DNA of 64,000 nucleotides from a virus. Its lineage: Duplodnaviria > Caudoviricetes. The number at the start of each line of letters is the position of its first letter. Positions within the stretch are counted from its first letter, which is position 1. Positions 8,121 through 19,017 of this stretch are shown one piece after another. Location: positions 500 to 64,499 of IMG/VR virus record IMGVR_UViG_3300038849_000072; one strand, 5' to 3'. Under the pieces are notes generated by a model, which ran no database searches, had not been told where the DNA came from, and saw nothing but the letters and a program-made list of their open reading frames with translations. A program made the position numbers and the translations under genes.

Positions 8121-8579
8121 CTATGGGTGCATTAACCCGAACCGCTGAAGAACCGATTGAGGATAGTAATCTTTACCGGTTTCTTCGTTGTATTTCAGGC
8201 ATTCCTTACAGCCTGCGAGAGACATCTTATGCTTAAGTCTCTTACAAGTAACGACACCGAATAACGAATCCTCTTTTGTTAAGTGCTTACATGCCTGCCG
8301 TGATGCGAGAAACCTTAACTGCTCCAATACCGGAGCATCAAACACCCATAGGTTTGCCGGTGTGCCACCTTTGCCGGTTTGCTTACCTCTGCTGATGATG
8401 AACCCGTGGCTATAGAGACTAGTGAGAGATGAGTTATCCAGCCTGAACGGCAACGAGTTGGCAGTCCATGGTGCTGAGGGATGATTACCTAGTGCTAAAT
8501 AAATCCTGAACGCAAGCGGATACCTTGGATTCTTGATACTTGGTGTTTGTCGTCTCATTGTCTGGTTGTAAGTCCGCAC
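8121..8579 (-). CDS. Winged-helix-like protein with a Cys-rich C-terminus
   Basis: LTSLYSHGFII...NLW wHTH-like segment; C..C..CKEC tail. Confidence 0.45.
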   Translation of the reverse strand: MRTYNQTMRRQTPSIKNPRYPLAFRIYLALGNHPSAPWTANSLPFRLDNSSLTSLYSHGFIISRGKQTGKGGTPANLWVFDAPVLEQLRFLASRQACKHLTKEDSLFGVVTCKRLKHKMSLAGCKECLKYNEETGKDYYPQSVLQRFGLMHP

Positions 8580-9257
8580 TTGTCACAGAGATAATGGATA
8601 TCATACGTCCTACCTGAGAATACTGTGATTATCTCTGGTATTGGTATTGGGTACTCAATCATCTCTGTTCCACATCTCGGACATCGTTTCATTCTAATGA
8701 TCCTACAACTTTCACATGGTTTGCAGGGCAGGAGAGAATAAACCCGCCCTGTATTCCCCATCCTGAATCAAAGATCCTGATGAGAAGATGATCATCGTTC
8801 AGGTTCAGGATTTTACAGGGTTTCCCCTGGAGACTCATAATCCATTCCGAGCCTGTCTTTGGTTCGTATCGGCCCCATATCTCATCCATTGTTTCAGAGT
8901 TTACCGGTTAAGAGATACCAGAGTCTTTGTCTGAATCCTGCTCTTTGAACCTTGTATTCGATTGCCATCAGTCGTTTGTGTTCTCTGATGAGTGTGTCAT
9001 CAATGGCTTTATCTAACAGATCCCGGGATTCCTGTATTTGTGCAAATAATTCATCTAATTCTGAACCATCTACTCTGACTTTTACACCAATTTCAATCGT
9101 GTTTGGTAATGGCTCTTTGACGGTTTCTATCCATGCCCCTTTCTCAAAATGTCCGCTCATGATGCTCCTAATATGAAATACCAGTATGTTACCAGTGCAG
9201 AGAATGAAATAAACAATGCAATTGACAGGGTTCTGAAAAACTCTAATGAATCTTCAG

Positions 9258-9614
9258 TCATAATCCCCCCTTCACAAACTGATAGATTGTGATGAATGCG
9301 AGTAACCCAGACAGCCCCCATGCTGCAAGTTCTCTATACCCCATCAATGCAGTTTTTGCTCCGGCATCCTGATCTTTCACGCTTTCAAGTGTGTTGATTC
9401 TGATTTCGTGATCATTCAGAGTGGTTTGTATCCCTTGGAATGTTTCAGTCTGTCTGCAATCTTCTTCTTTCTGTTCAAGACACCGGATACGAGTTTCGTG
9501 ATCATCAACTGATGCATCCAGTTTCTCTTTGATATATTGTACGTCTTTCTGAATCCCCGTAAGACATACAACCATATTTTGTTCAGTTATGACCGTTATC
9601 TTCTCATTCGGCAT
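9258..9614 (-). CDS. Coiled-coil protein with a C-terminal TM helix (XhlA/holin-like)
   Basis: DHETRIRCLE / DHEIRINTLE repeat followed by a hydrophobic C-terminus. Confidence 0.55.
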   Translation of the reverse strand: MPNEKITVITEQNMVVCLTGIQKDVQYIKEKLDASVDDHETRIRCLEQKEEDCRQTETFQGIQTTLNDHEIRINTLESVKDQDAGAKTALMGYRELAAWGLSGLLAFITIYQFVKGGL

Positions 9615-9642
9615 GATTACCTCAATAATTAATACACCTCAG

Positions 9643-9948
9643 TCAGGGGATGAGCCTGATATGCATCTCGGGTTATGCTCTGAAGTGCCGGTATGCTAAT
9701 AATGGGAATTTGAGCTCTATGGAATTGAATTGTAATCGATCTCATGTGTGGGTTTTTTGCGCTTTGGGGTTGCATACCGGGTAATTCTCATACCGGTTTG
9801 ACCCGGATGATGAGATGTTGTTTCCCTAAATTTTGTATTTAGGAGGAAACATAATCCTCTTCAGTTTTGGCGGATTAGTTTTACACATTTTCTTCATCAC
9901 TGGTGCCTCTGCTGAAGAGATCTCATACTCCGGATCTGAACCGGATGA
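9643..9948. ncRNA. Candidate structured non-coding RNA
   Basis: Nested helices: 9688-9696/9772-9780 (9 bp), 9803-9816/9920-9933 (12 of 14), 9857-9864/9912-9919 (8 bp), hairpin 9820-9850, hairpin 9643-9659. No convincing ORF. Confidence 0.4.
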
Positions 9949-10142
9949 ATTACAAAAATATGAGTTGTTGTTTAGATTCCGGCTTCTTTCTCAAACAGTT
10001 TTCTGATAGACTGTTCGTTCCCGGAATACTTCTCACCCGTTGGGAAAATTACCTGCCATCGCTTCTGCTCTTCGAGATGTGCGACATCAGGATTGTCATT
10101 GATTCCGATCTTAAATCCGTTCTTCTCTTCTTTTACCTGCAT

Positions 10143-10433
10143 TTATTCCACCTGTGTGAGATTTCGATATATGGCTCTTCCAACCTGCTCTACTACAGCA
10201 ACTAAAAAGCCATAAGACGTGAGTTGTGCTTCAATTCCTGCCTGCGTGATTTCAATCCCGCTGATTACCGATACTAAACCTATACAGGCACCTATCACCA
10301 GAGTCGCCCCCATCTTCCAGGGATCAAACTTTGGAGTTTCTTTCGTCGGATCTACTACCTGCCGTGAGAACCAGAGCAGAGAGTAAAGTAATGCTGCTGC
10401 TACAGCAACAATTACCGGCTGAAATTCAATCAA
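10143..10433 (-). CDS. Small multi-pass membrane protein (holin-like)
   Basis: 96 aa with 2-3 hydrophobic helices. Confidence 0.55.
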   Translation of the reverse strand: MIEFQPVIVAVAAALLYSLLWFSRQVVDPTKETPKFDPWKMGATLVIGACIGLVSVISGIEITQAGIEAQLTSYGFLVAVVEQVGRAIYRNLTQVE

Positions 10434-11170
10434 TCTTGTTCCTCCGAGGTATTGGCCTCTTCACCGGCCTCAATGATTGTTTCGTTCACTATCTCTTCGG
10501 TTTCAGTATCCCATAACCAATCAAACCCGCCATCTAGTGATTTATTAGTATCACTGTTCAGGACTGCATGATCGTGCCTATTGTATGAATACTGCATTAT
10601 GCTTGAGTTCGTATCTAATCCGGACTTTAACGAGCCTTTCACATCTTCATACAGGTATCCTGATGGAGTTGTGCCCTTGATTGATACTCCTACTGTTTTC
10701 CCCTGCACTTCAACCTGTGACTCATAGGTAGTTCCAGGACCGGACCCCATCAATCCCCATAGCCCTTCTACAGTTTGAGTTTCAGGGAGTCTGCTGCTTG
10801 ACTGATTCCCATATCCTGATAGGAAATTGCTCTGGTCACACATGGATTCAGGGATATTGGTTCGAGTAGAGAACATCCCGGCAGAATCAAACGCAGTCAG
10901 CATTCCCAGTGTTTCCACTTTGGTTGAATCGGTTTTCATTATCCCGGTTCTTCCTAAGCTCACTATTGTTTGAGATTTGCCGCCGTATTCATATGAATCG
11001 TTGACCGTTCCGAATCTCATGAGGTTATTCGAGGTTTCCCATGATTCATCAGTATTTACGATAATCGAACCGCCATTCGCGTATACAGACGATGAGATAA
11101 CCGCATCAGAGATTGAGCATATAAGCAGGCAAAAGAGAAGAGACCCGATTATTACGGCTAAATATTTCAT
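10430..11170 (-). CDS. Secreted or membrane-anchored protein
   Basis: N-terminal signal-like MKYLAVIIGSLLFCLLICSISDA; S/T/G-rich body; acidic tail. Confidence 0.65.
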   Translation of the reverse strand: MKYLAVIIGSLLFCLLICSISDAVISSSVYANGGSIIVNTDESWETSNNLMRFGTVNDSYEYGGKSQTIVSLGRTGIMKTDSTKVETLGMLTAFDSAGMFSTRTNIPESMCDQSNFLSGYGNQSSSRLPETQTVEGLWGLMGSGPGTTYESQVEVQGKTVGVSIKGTTPSGYLYEDVKGSLKSGLDTNSSIMQYSYNRHDHAVLNSDTNKSLDGGFDWLWDTETEEIVNETIIEAGEEANTSEEQD

Positions 11171-11778
11171 TTTCCGAATGGACAGATTTTCTTAAAGAAT
11201 TTTATCGCTTTTTGATGTAACTTGTCAGAATTCTTTTTTGCCGCCTGGTGTGCGGCCTGAAGTTCTTTATCAGAATATTCCGCATCTAACAGACTGCCGG
11301 AAGTCATACATAGTATAAGACTTGCTAAATAATGGCTTTTTTGAGAAGAAGAAGGAGAAGAAGAAGATAAATCAGTCTAAAGTGAGAATTACTTATTAAA
11401 ATGAGATGAAAATAAAATTCTACACCGGCCTTCCCGTGATTCCGAGATATGGCCGGTTGCAATCAACTTATCTATTGTTGTCAGGATATACGAGCGCGAA
11501 TAGTGCCCTATACATCGTTTCACTACCTGCTCTTGTTTTGTTCCCGGATGTTTTTCAATGTCTAATGTGATGAGCGCTGCTATTTCATTCTGATGGGACT
11601 GCCTGACAATCATCCGAATATCCTCCGTGTGGCTGTGATCTTTGGTTCAATGAGGTTCAACCATTTCAGGTTCTTGAAAGCACCTCTAACGATGCTTTCA
11701 GCTTCTGCCTGTGCCGTTTCAGTATCTTTCGCTTCTATCTTCCCTTCCAGTCTGACACAGACTAAAACCTGCCATGAT

Positions 11779-12327
11779 TCAGACATTTTTTAACTGCTCC
11801 AGGATCTGTTTCTTCTCCTCCTCAATCTGGTTGTATTTGTCTTTGAGTGCTGCTCTTTGTTTCAACCCTGCTGCAAGTATTTCAGTACCCAGCTCTTTCA
11901 TAGATAATCCTGTGATCTTGGATAAGTCCCTCAGGCAGTCAGCAACTGCATACCCTTTCTTCGTATTGAGTTTGATAGATGTCCCTGCAGGTTCCGGGTA
12001 TCTCTTCTTCGTTTTCTGAACTGTGTTCTTCCCAGGTAAACCGGGTATTTTTCCAGATGGTTTGATATCTGCTTCTGATTGTGTCTGAACTCTTCCTGGT
12101 TTAATGTTTGAGGTTATTGGTGCAGGTTCTTTCAGTTCTTTCTCTATCCTGCTCTTTCGTATGGTGAGTTGTTTCATTCCGGTTTCGGTGAGTGCCCATG
12201 TGCCAGATACTCTCTCTCCTTCGATGTATCCCTTGGTGATATAGTCCTGAATGGTGCCTGGTTTGTATCCGGTTTGTTTGTATGCTTCCTGAATGGTATA
12301 GTAGGTTTTCTTTTCGTGTACGAACAT
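11779..12327 (-). CDS. HTH (excisionase/MerR-like) DNA-binding protein
   Basis: YTIQEAYKQTGYKPGTIQDYITKGYIEG. Confidence 0.65.
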   Translation of the reverse strand: MFVHEKKTYYTIQEAYKQTGYKPGTIQDYITKGYIEGERVSGTWALTETGMKQLTIRKSRIEKELKEPAPITSNIKPGRVQTQSEADIKPSGKIPGLPGKNTVQKTKKRYPEPAGTSIKLNTKKGYAVADCLRDLSKITGLSMKELGTEILAAGLKQRAALKDKYNQIEEEKKQILEQLKNV

Positions 12328-12332
12328 TGTTT

Positions 12333-12689
12333 TTACTCCTTTATTTGTGATAGTAACTTTAATCCGAGTTCTGCATCGATTACCATGATAGGATCTTTGT
12401 AATTCTTCTTAACGAAGAGCAAAGGCCTTAGATCTTCTTTCTTCGCGTTTACTGTTGCCTGTTCCCAGGCTTTCCATATATTGATTGATTCAGTGCATTT
12501 ACATTCCACCCCATAAGGGAATTGCTTTCGTGCTGCGTTCGATAGTTTGATATCGCATCCCTGTTGTCCCATTGCGGTTGATACTGCATCTTCATCAGGG
12601 AAGTTGAAATATGACCGGATTAATTGAGAGATCTTCTTTTGAAACTCTCTTCCCTTTCCTTTCCGGCTTTGTGGCGTGTTTGCTGTCAT
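12333..12689 (-). CDS. Holliday junction resolvase-like PD-(D/E)XK nuclease
   Basis: KGREFQ...GCDI...GVECK...WEQA pattern. Confidence 0.75.
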   Translation of the reverse strand: MTANTPQSRKGKGREFQKKISQLIRSYFNFPDEDAVSTAMGQQGCDIKLSNAARKQFPYGVECKCTESINIWKAWEQATVNAKKEDLRPLLFVKKNYKDPIMVIDAELGLKLLSQIKE

Positions 12690-13225
12690 GGTTATTCGTG
12701 TGTGTTTGCTGCAATGCAGTCTTCACAGGGCAATACAGAGATGTCTGCATGGCCCAGACATCGCTCATATTTGTCGCACCATTTGAAGTCTTTGAAGAAT
12801 GTATCTCCTGATTCATATCGCACAATCTTCATCTGGTTGCATTTCTGACAGTTCATGGTTTTACCAATAGTCATTCATTGAATTGTTATTCTCTGATGTT
12901 TCGGTATGGTTCGGGCACCCGGGAACGGTTTTCGGGTAATTGATATTTAATACTCCAGGTGAGAAGAACTCACACCAATGCGCCGGGATTCCCTGGTAGG
13001 TGCCGACATGCTCACAGTTTTGGCAGTTCATTTAGTTTCCCCTCGAATCATCTCTATCAATTTATCCATCCGTTCTTCATAATCTGAATCCGGGTTCATT
13101 TTCTCTATCGTTATCACAACAAAAGGAATCGGAAAAATGATTAACCGAGTTCTGTATTTATTGCGATACCAAGACGCACCGATGCACCAGACATTCGGGG
13201 CAATATCGACTCTGATTGTAGTCAT

Positions 13226-13882
13226 TCACATCCACCTCTGGAGGTCTGCTTTATCTCTTATGGGATACAGGTGTGGAACGGTTACAATATGCATATATGT
13301 CCCCATCGGTACGCCTACTTCAGTTGATACGTGCTCCATAAGCCGAACCAATCCGTACGCATTTGGCCCGAATGCTTGAAGCATATCTTCTGATCTGAAT
13401 AAACAGATCATATTCAGCCGGTTATTCCGATACAAAAACTGGATATACTGAAGACAGGGGACGGTTGCCATTTCATCATCCCGATAAGAATCATACCTCG
13501 GATTCCAGGTTATTGCAAGCGCCCTTCTTGTGTTTGGTTCTGCTTTCAGATGCTGGATTAACCGGTCTATCTGATTGTATGTCTTATTTCCTGATATCGA
13601 GAAAGAATCATAGGAGAATAACCTATCATGATACGTATAATCGAATTCGGAGAATGTCCCTTCCATCAGTTGTTTTGCATATTCTTCACACTTCTGGAGT
13701 TGAAAAGAAGATTTAGGATGAATCCTATCATCTTTTGGACAGGTAATCTCTACATATGCCGGTCGTAACATCTCCCAGGTTGTTTCACCGTCTTCTGTCT
13801 CAATCTCGTTATGGTTCCAGATCAGATTATGCATGAACCACTGATGAGCTGCTGAAATAGTAGGCAATCTATGTGAGATCAT
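13226..13882 (-). CDS. thyA: Thymidylate synthase, archaeal ThyA type
   Basis: TRRA..ITWNP, catalytic PCLQYIQF, FRSEDM...NAYGL, HLY. Confidence 0.85.
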   Translation of the reverse strand: MISHRLPTISAAHQWFMHNLIWNHNEIETEDGETTWEMLRPAYVEITCPKDDRIHPKSSFQLQKCEEYAKQLMEGTFSEFDYTYHDRLFSYDSFSISGNKTYNQIDRLIQHLKAEPNTRRALAITWNPRYDSYRDDEMATVPCLQYIQFLYRNNRLNMICLFRSEDMLQAFGPNAYGLVRLMEHVSTEVGVPMGTYMHIVTVPHLYPIRDKADLQRWM

Positions 13883-14773
13883 GCGAATGCACCTGCCTGA
13901 TACATTCTATCCAGTTGTTTTATCGCTGCGATAGGTACGTGCGTATGATACTCGTTTACCAGTGCAATCTCACAGTATTCTGATTTGTCACCGCTTGTCT
14001 TTGCAAGTGCCCGGACAGTCGGTATGGATTTCTCCGGTATGGATATCTCCCAGATGTTCTCAGGAGTGATGAGAGTGACCGGTATCATTCAATCTCACTC
14101 CACTTCTTGAGTAATGTTTCAGGCCCGATGTCACCGGATAACAGGTAATCTATGAGATATACCTGGTGACTTAACCGTCTCAAGTCATCTGCAACCTCAC
14201 TGAACTTCTGCAGGACTTCATCAGGATAATCTCTTACAGTTCCCCATTCGTTCGGAATCTTGTTAGTTAAAACGCATTTATCAATCTCTTCTGCCATGTC
14301 TGCCAGTGCCCACCGATGAGTGAAATGCCCGCCGCTCATGATGATTCCACCGGGCACAGGCATTTCCATTCCGGTTCAGGTTCGGATGCAGACTTAATCA
14401 GGAGTGGGCGTAACCCAGGGACTCCCTCTATCTGCGAGATGTTTAAGATCTCATCGTCTGAATATTCTTTGAGTAAGTCGATTATCTGTCTCTTTGTTGC
14501 CTTAGATGGACAGGTATAGGAGTGCCCGAGTTTGATGAGTGCTGCGTGCTCGTTGTATCGCTCAATGATTTTCAGTTTTTCTGTCATTCTAATGTCTCCA
14601 TGTTGCCGTTTTCGTATACTCTGAATGCTTTGATGTCGCTTGCAGGGCTTTCAGTTCTGTCATTTTTCAACCGGTTCATGAACCTCGAAACGTCTTTGTC
14701 GGTTTGTGGCCGGTAAAGATCATGTTGAGTTTCTGAAGTGAAATTATACGAGAATATCACTGATTTCATGCAA

Positions 14774-15082
14774 TTACCTCACCAGATCTGATTCACATAC
14801 TGTTTTGACTGCCGTGGTTTTGCACATCTTACACCATCTCTGGTACCCATCCCGCTCGTATTTGCTCTTATAGAACTCTTCCAATGGTTTCAGCATCCCG
14901 CACCGGTTACACTGTTTGAGGTTCGGATCTTTGGTTTTGTTCGATCTGTGTGCGTTCCTCCGGTATTCTGCATGGCAACTTTTACAGAGATACGTGATCC
15001 CGTCTTTCCCGTGTCGATCAGAATAATACTCTGATAACGGCTTTTCCTGCTTGCATTTGGGACATATCTTTGTATCTGCCAT
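14774..15082 (-). CDS. Tandem double zinc-ribbon protein
   Basis: Two copies of K.C..C...KPL.E(Y/F)Y.....DG....CK.C. Confidence 0.7.
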   Translation of the reverse strand: MADTKICPKCKQEKPLSEYYSDRHGKDGITYLCKSCHAEYRRNAHRSNKTKDPNLKQCNRCGMLKPLEEFYKSKYERDGYQRWCKMCKTTAVKTVCESDLVR

Positions 15083-15380
15083 TTAAATTACTCCAATTGA
15101 TTTCTCTATTCGGTGTGCAAGTTCAGGTTTAAATCTCCAAGTCGATGGTACGTAGTTGTGCCTTCTTCTCACCATCTCAATTATCCCATCGGTTTTCATC
15201 CGCCTAAGTGCCATATAGTTCGGTAACAAGTCAGACACATCAGGATAACTGAAATGAGTTCTTCCCACTCGTTTAAACACTTCAACGATCGAATCAGTGT
15301 CTTCTTTGCTGTAGTATTTGAGTACACAACCGATTGCAGGAGGGTTCTGTCTATATCGTTCTGCTGAATATCCGGGCATG

Positions 15381-15980
15381 TTAGAGACTCCTGTTCTGGT
15401 GATATCTGCTTAACGTTGCTGATTCCTGGTTCTGGTATTTGGAGTTCTGTCTGTCTCCGTATGGTAACTCAGCGGGCATTGTCTGAAAGAATACTATCTG
15501 TGCAATAGGCATACCTGCAGAAAGAAGAATCTGGTTTAATGAACAGTTGTGGAGTTCAAGCGTGATGGTGCCTGAGAATCCTGCATCGATCCATCCTCCG
15601 GTTTGGTGGATGGATAAGCCCAATCGTGCTAATGAGCTCTTTCCCTCGACTGAACCAACGATATCGGCAGGCAATGTTATTTTTTCTTCAGTTCTACCTA
15701 AGATAAACTCTCCGGGCTGAATCCAGAGTTCTGAAACGGTTTTCTCATAGAATGCTTTCTCGACTGTTCTCTCATCGTATGGATTGATACCGCCGTTCGA
15801 TTTGGAGATTTGAAAGTTGTTACCTAAATGGAGATCATATGAGTTTGGATTGATTGAATCCTCACCATATGGTTCTATTTTTATTTTGCTGCACTGGATC
15901 ATTGCTCTGATCTGTTTATCGACTTGTATCAAGCTGTCACCTGCAATAGTTTGGCAATTCTCTCTTTGTCTTCCGGCCAT
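15381..15980 (-). CDS. dcd: dCTP deaminase
   Basis: INPNSYDLHLG, VEGKSSLARLGL, GWIDAGFSGTITLE, PIAQIVF. Confidence 0.92.
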   Translation of the reverse strand: MAGRQRENCQTIAGDSLIQVDKQIRAMIQCSKIKIEPYGEDSINPNSYDLHLGNNFQISKSNGGINPYDERTVEKAFYEKTVSELWIQPGEFILGRTEEKITLPADIVGSVEGKSSLARLGLSIHQTGGWIDAGFSGTITLELHNCSLNQILLSAGMPIAQIVFFQTMPAELPYGDRQNSKYQNQESATLSRYHQNRSL

Positions 15981-16911
15981 TCGATTGAGATTAAATCAGT
16001 TATACAATCCTGGAGTTGCAGAATCACATCATTCACATCCGCTTTGTTGTTGATCTCTATCTCCTGTGCTCTGAACGTGTATCCGTGGATGATTGATTCG
16101 GCTTCCAGTGCCTCCGGTTCTGCTACTCGTTGCCAGTCTGCGATATCATCCATATCATATCTATACGGACACATTGCAGGGGAATCATTTCCCTCAATGA
16201 CTTCCAGGATGCACGGGGATTCATCGGTTTTGTTACAGGCTGTACAGATGTATTTCTTCATTGGTTATCCTCCGGTGCGGCCCATCGCCGTTTGCTGATA
16301 TGTTTCCATCCATGATACGACATCAACCGGCAGATCATTGATGTTCGTGCAGAGTCTGATCGAAATTGTGATGCATACTGCGAGAGTTCAGGATACTGCT
16401 CCGGTTCATGCGTATACGCTTTGTAGATGTCATGAGCAGAGAGATAGGAGAGTGATCCTTTCAGTTCATGGAGTTCTGACAGGATAGGTTCTGCATTTAC
16501 GTTTCTGAACATTTGGCGCGACATTTCTAGTTCTCCGGTTTGTATACGTAAATCTGGTATCTGCGTTTGGTTTTCGCTTTGTTCTGTTTGTTTCTGACTC
16601 GAACCTGGTATCCCTTCTTGAGCATCAGGAGTTTATACCGGATCATGTCTTCCGGGCTCTTCTGAGTTGAGATGAGCCGAAATGGTAACCCGTCAATTAT
16701 TCTAGTGTTATCACTCTCTTCAGGCTCGCATCCGCCGACATGCCAGTGAAAGCAGAACGGGCAAAAATAAACGTGTAATGGTTTCATCTCACCGCGTGAA
16801 CGGATTCGCTGAAGACTTTTCTTTGCATCCTCCTCAGTGAGATGGCTTATTTTCTTTATGCAGCATGAATACCGGGAGAAACCATTTATCGAATCTGGTA
16901 TGCAGGACATT

Positions 16912-19017
16912 TCAGATCCTCCGGATTTTGCCTTTCTTCTCTGTGAATTCTGCAATCCGTTTCTTTTCAGAGATTATTCTTTCAACTTCAGAACGAGCAT
17001 GACCTGATTTAAGAAGAATCTCAAATATTACTGCTTCTTCAGCCCATCCGTCTGCATCCTGGTTTCGATCATACGTCTTATCGAATTCTTTGATAAGATC
17101 CCTGGTGCTCTTTGGTTTATCCCCGCCCCATCTATCTGAATCTAATTCTCCGGTTTTCGGATCATATGCTACTTTCCTCAGGCACTGATCTACGATATGG
17201 ATAACTAACTCTGCATCCCGCTCATCGACCGTTTCAGACAGTCTGACCCGTGCGGATGCTTCAGCGAGTCTTATGAGTGCTTCAATCTGACGTGCAGTGA
17301 TTGGTACTGGTTTTCCTTCTGATGCTTCTGACCGGACAGATACGAAATAGTTTTGAAGTTTCAGTTTTGCTTCTGGAGTGAGAACCGGGATGATCCGCTT
17401 TGCATAGGCAATGTATTTTCGCATTAATACCGGATGGATTGGAGGTAATACCAGATTCTCTAATATTACCGGTTCCCGTTTCTCATGTTCGGCTTTTAAT
17501 ATCTCTGTGCCGGTTGAATGAGCTGATAAGATATGGTTTGCAAGTTTCGTGTCATGAGTTGTTTCAGGTTTATCCGTAACCAGATAGATGAGATCAAACC
17601 GGGATAGCAGAGATGGAGGCATATTAATCTGTTCTGCTATCGGCAGATAGTTATCAAATCGTCCTAACTTTGGATTTGCGGCTGCGAGAACAGATGTCCG
17701 GGTTAAGAGCGTGGCACATATCCCCGCTTTGGCAACAGATAGGGACTGCTGTTCCATCGCTTCATGGAGGGATGACCGATCATGAGAGTTCATCTTATCA
17801 ATCTCATCAAGGGCCAGAACTCCCATATCTGCAAGAACCATTGCCCCGGCCTCTAGTGTCCATCTCCCATCAAACTCATCTTTTACAGCCGTTGCTGTGA
17901 GTCCTGCAGATGATGAGCTCTTCCCTGATGTGAAAATTGATCGCGGTGCAATCTTGGTTACATACCGGATAACCTGAGACTTACCTGAACCTGGATCCCC
18001 TATGAGTAATACATGAATATCCCCACGTAACCGGGATCCGTCCGGTAAGTTCTTTGGGACTCCTCCAAAGAGCTGGAGAACGATTGCTTTCTTGATGTCA
18101 TCCATCCCGTAAATACTCGGAGAGATGGAATGGAAGAACCTGATGAACACGTCTTTTTCTTTTGAGAGTTCGCGGATAGATTTCTCATCGTCTTCAGAGA
18201 TGGTTATCTCACCGAACTCTTTTTCCTGGATTTCAATGGATACGACTTCCAGGTATCGATCAAACGTTGTGGATTGTCCTCTTTGAAACCGCTTTACAAT
18301 CCCATTGATACAAACCCGATCACCAGCTTTGATGATACCACAAATATCATCGGATATCTGACAGTCGATGGTTTCTAATGATGAACCTGCACCAGCACCC
18401 TCTGGAGACTCCTGGATCTTTACTCTCTGTGTATCTACATACTGCGAGAACTCCTCTTGGAATTCTAAACGCGTCTGATTACATCCATCGGCTGAACACT
18501 CCTGAGGGACTTTGATAGGGCCTGGACCTTGTATCCTGGTGGTTCTGTGTCCTGCTCTACATCTGAATACTGCAATGGTGAGCCGGGATCTTACCTCAGA
18601 TGACTTTCTCACAATCCCTTCAATCGTGACTAATTTGCCTACGTGTAAGTTTTCACGGATATCAGGAATGGATGTTTTTCTTGGCAGGTTGAAGAACCGA
18701 ACATGGATTGGTATGTTCAAAGTCTTCTGATTAGATACTAACGAATGAACGAGAATACAGTCCTGAACGTCCTTCATCGTTTTTAATGGATTATCCAGGA
18801 TCTCATCTGCTAATGATATGCCGGGGAATCCGTATGCTTCGATGACTCTGTAATCCAGGTTTAATGATCGCTTTTTCGGGTACTCCCTGGAGAGTTTCAG
18901 GACTTCTTTCTTTATTGTCGGATGTTCATTCAGGATACTATACCAAATTGCGTCTCTATCAACAATGATTGCAGACACCCCGGATGATACTGAACCACAT
19001 GCATCGGAGAGATTCAA
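16912..19017 (-). CDS. mcm: MCM replicative helicase
   Basis: Walker A GDPGSGKSQ, Walker B LDEIDKM, AANP, arginine finger SRFD, ITARQIEALIRLAEA. Confidence 0.97.
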   Translation of the reverse strand: MNLSDACGSVSSGVSAIIVDRDAIWYSILNEHPTIKKEVLKLSREYPKKRSLNLDYRVIEAYGFPGISLADEILDNPLKTMKDVQDCILVHSLVSNQKTLNIPIHVRFFNLPRKTSIPDIRENLHVGKLVTIEGIVRKSSEVRSRLTIAVFRCRAGHRTTRIQGPGPIKVPQECSADGCNQTRLEFQEEFSQYVDTQRVKIQESPEGAGAGSSLETIDCQISDDICGIIKAGDRVCINGIVKRFQRGQSTTFDRYLEVVSIEIQEKEFGEITISEDDEKSIRELSKEKDVFIRFFHSISPSIYGMDDIKKAIVLQLFGGVPKNLPDGSRLRGDIHVLLIGDPGSGKSQVIRYVTKIAPRSIFTSGKSSSSAGLTATAVKDEFDGRWTLEAGAMVLADMGVLALDEIDKMNSHDRSSLHEAMEQQSLSVAKAGICATLLTRTSVLAAANPKLGRFDNYLPIAEQINMPPSLLSRFDLIYLVTDKPETTHDTKLANHILSAHSTGTEILKAEHEKREPVILENLVLPPIHPVLMRKYIAYAKRIIPVLTPEAKLKLQNYFVSVRSEASEGKPVPITARQIEALIRLAEASARVRLSETVDERDAELVIHIVDQCLRKVAYDPKTGELDSDRWGGDKPKSTRDLIKEFDKTYDRNQDADGWAEEAVIFEILLKSGHARSEVERIISEKKRIAEFTEKKGKIRRI

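Noticed and set aside
11340-11370. GAA/GAG purine-rich simple repeat
   Set aside because: It reads as a pyrimidine tract on the coding strand just after a gene, consistent with an ordinary archaeal terminator.
13226-13882. ThyA homolog as a dCMP hydroxymethylase for base hypermodification
   Set aside because: It keeps the dUMP-specifying Asn (AFGPNAYGL) rather than Asp and is paired with dCTP deaminase, so ordinary dTMP synthesis is more likely.
5852-19017. Inteins in terminase or MCM
   Set aside because: Protein lengths are normal and no intein splice-junction or LAGLIDADG motifs are present.
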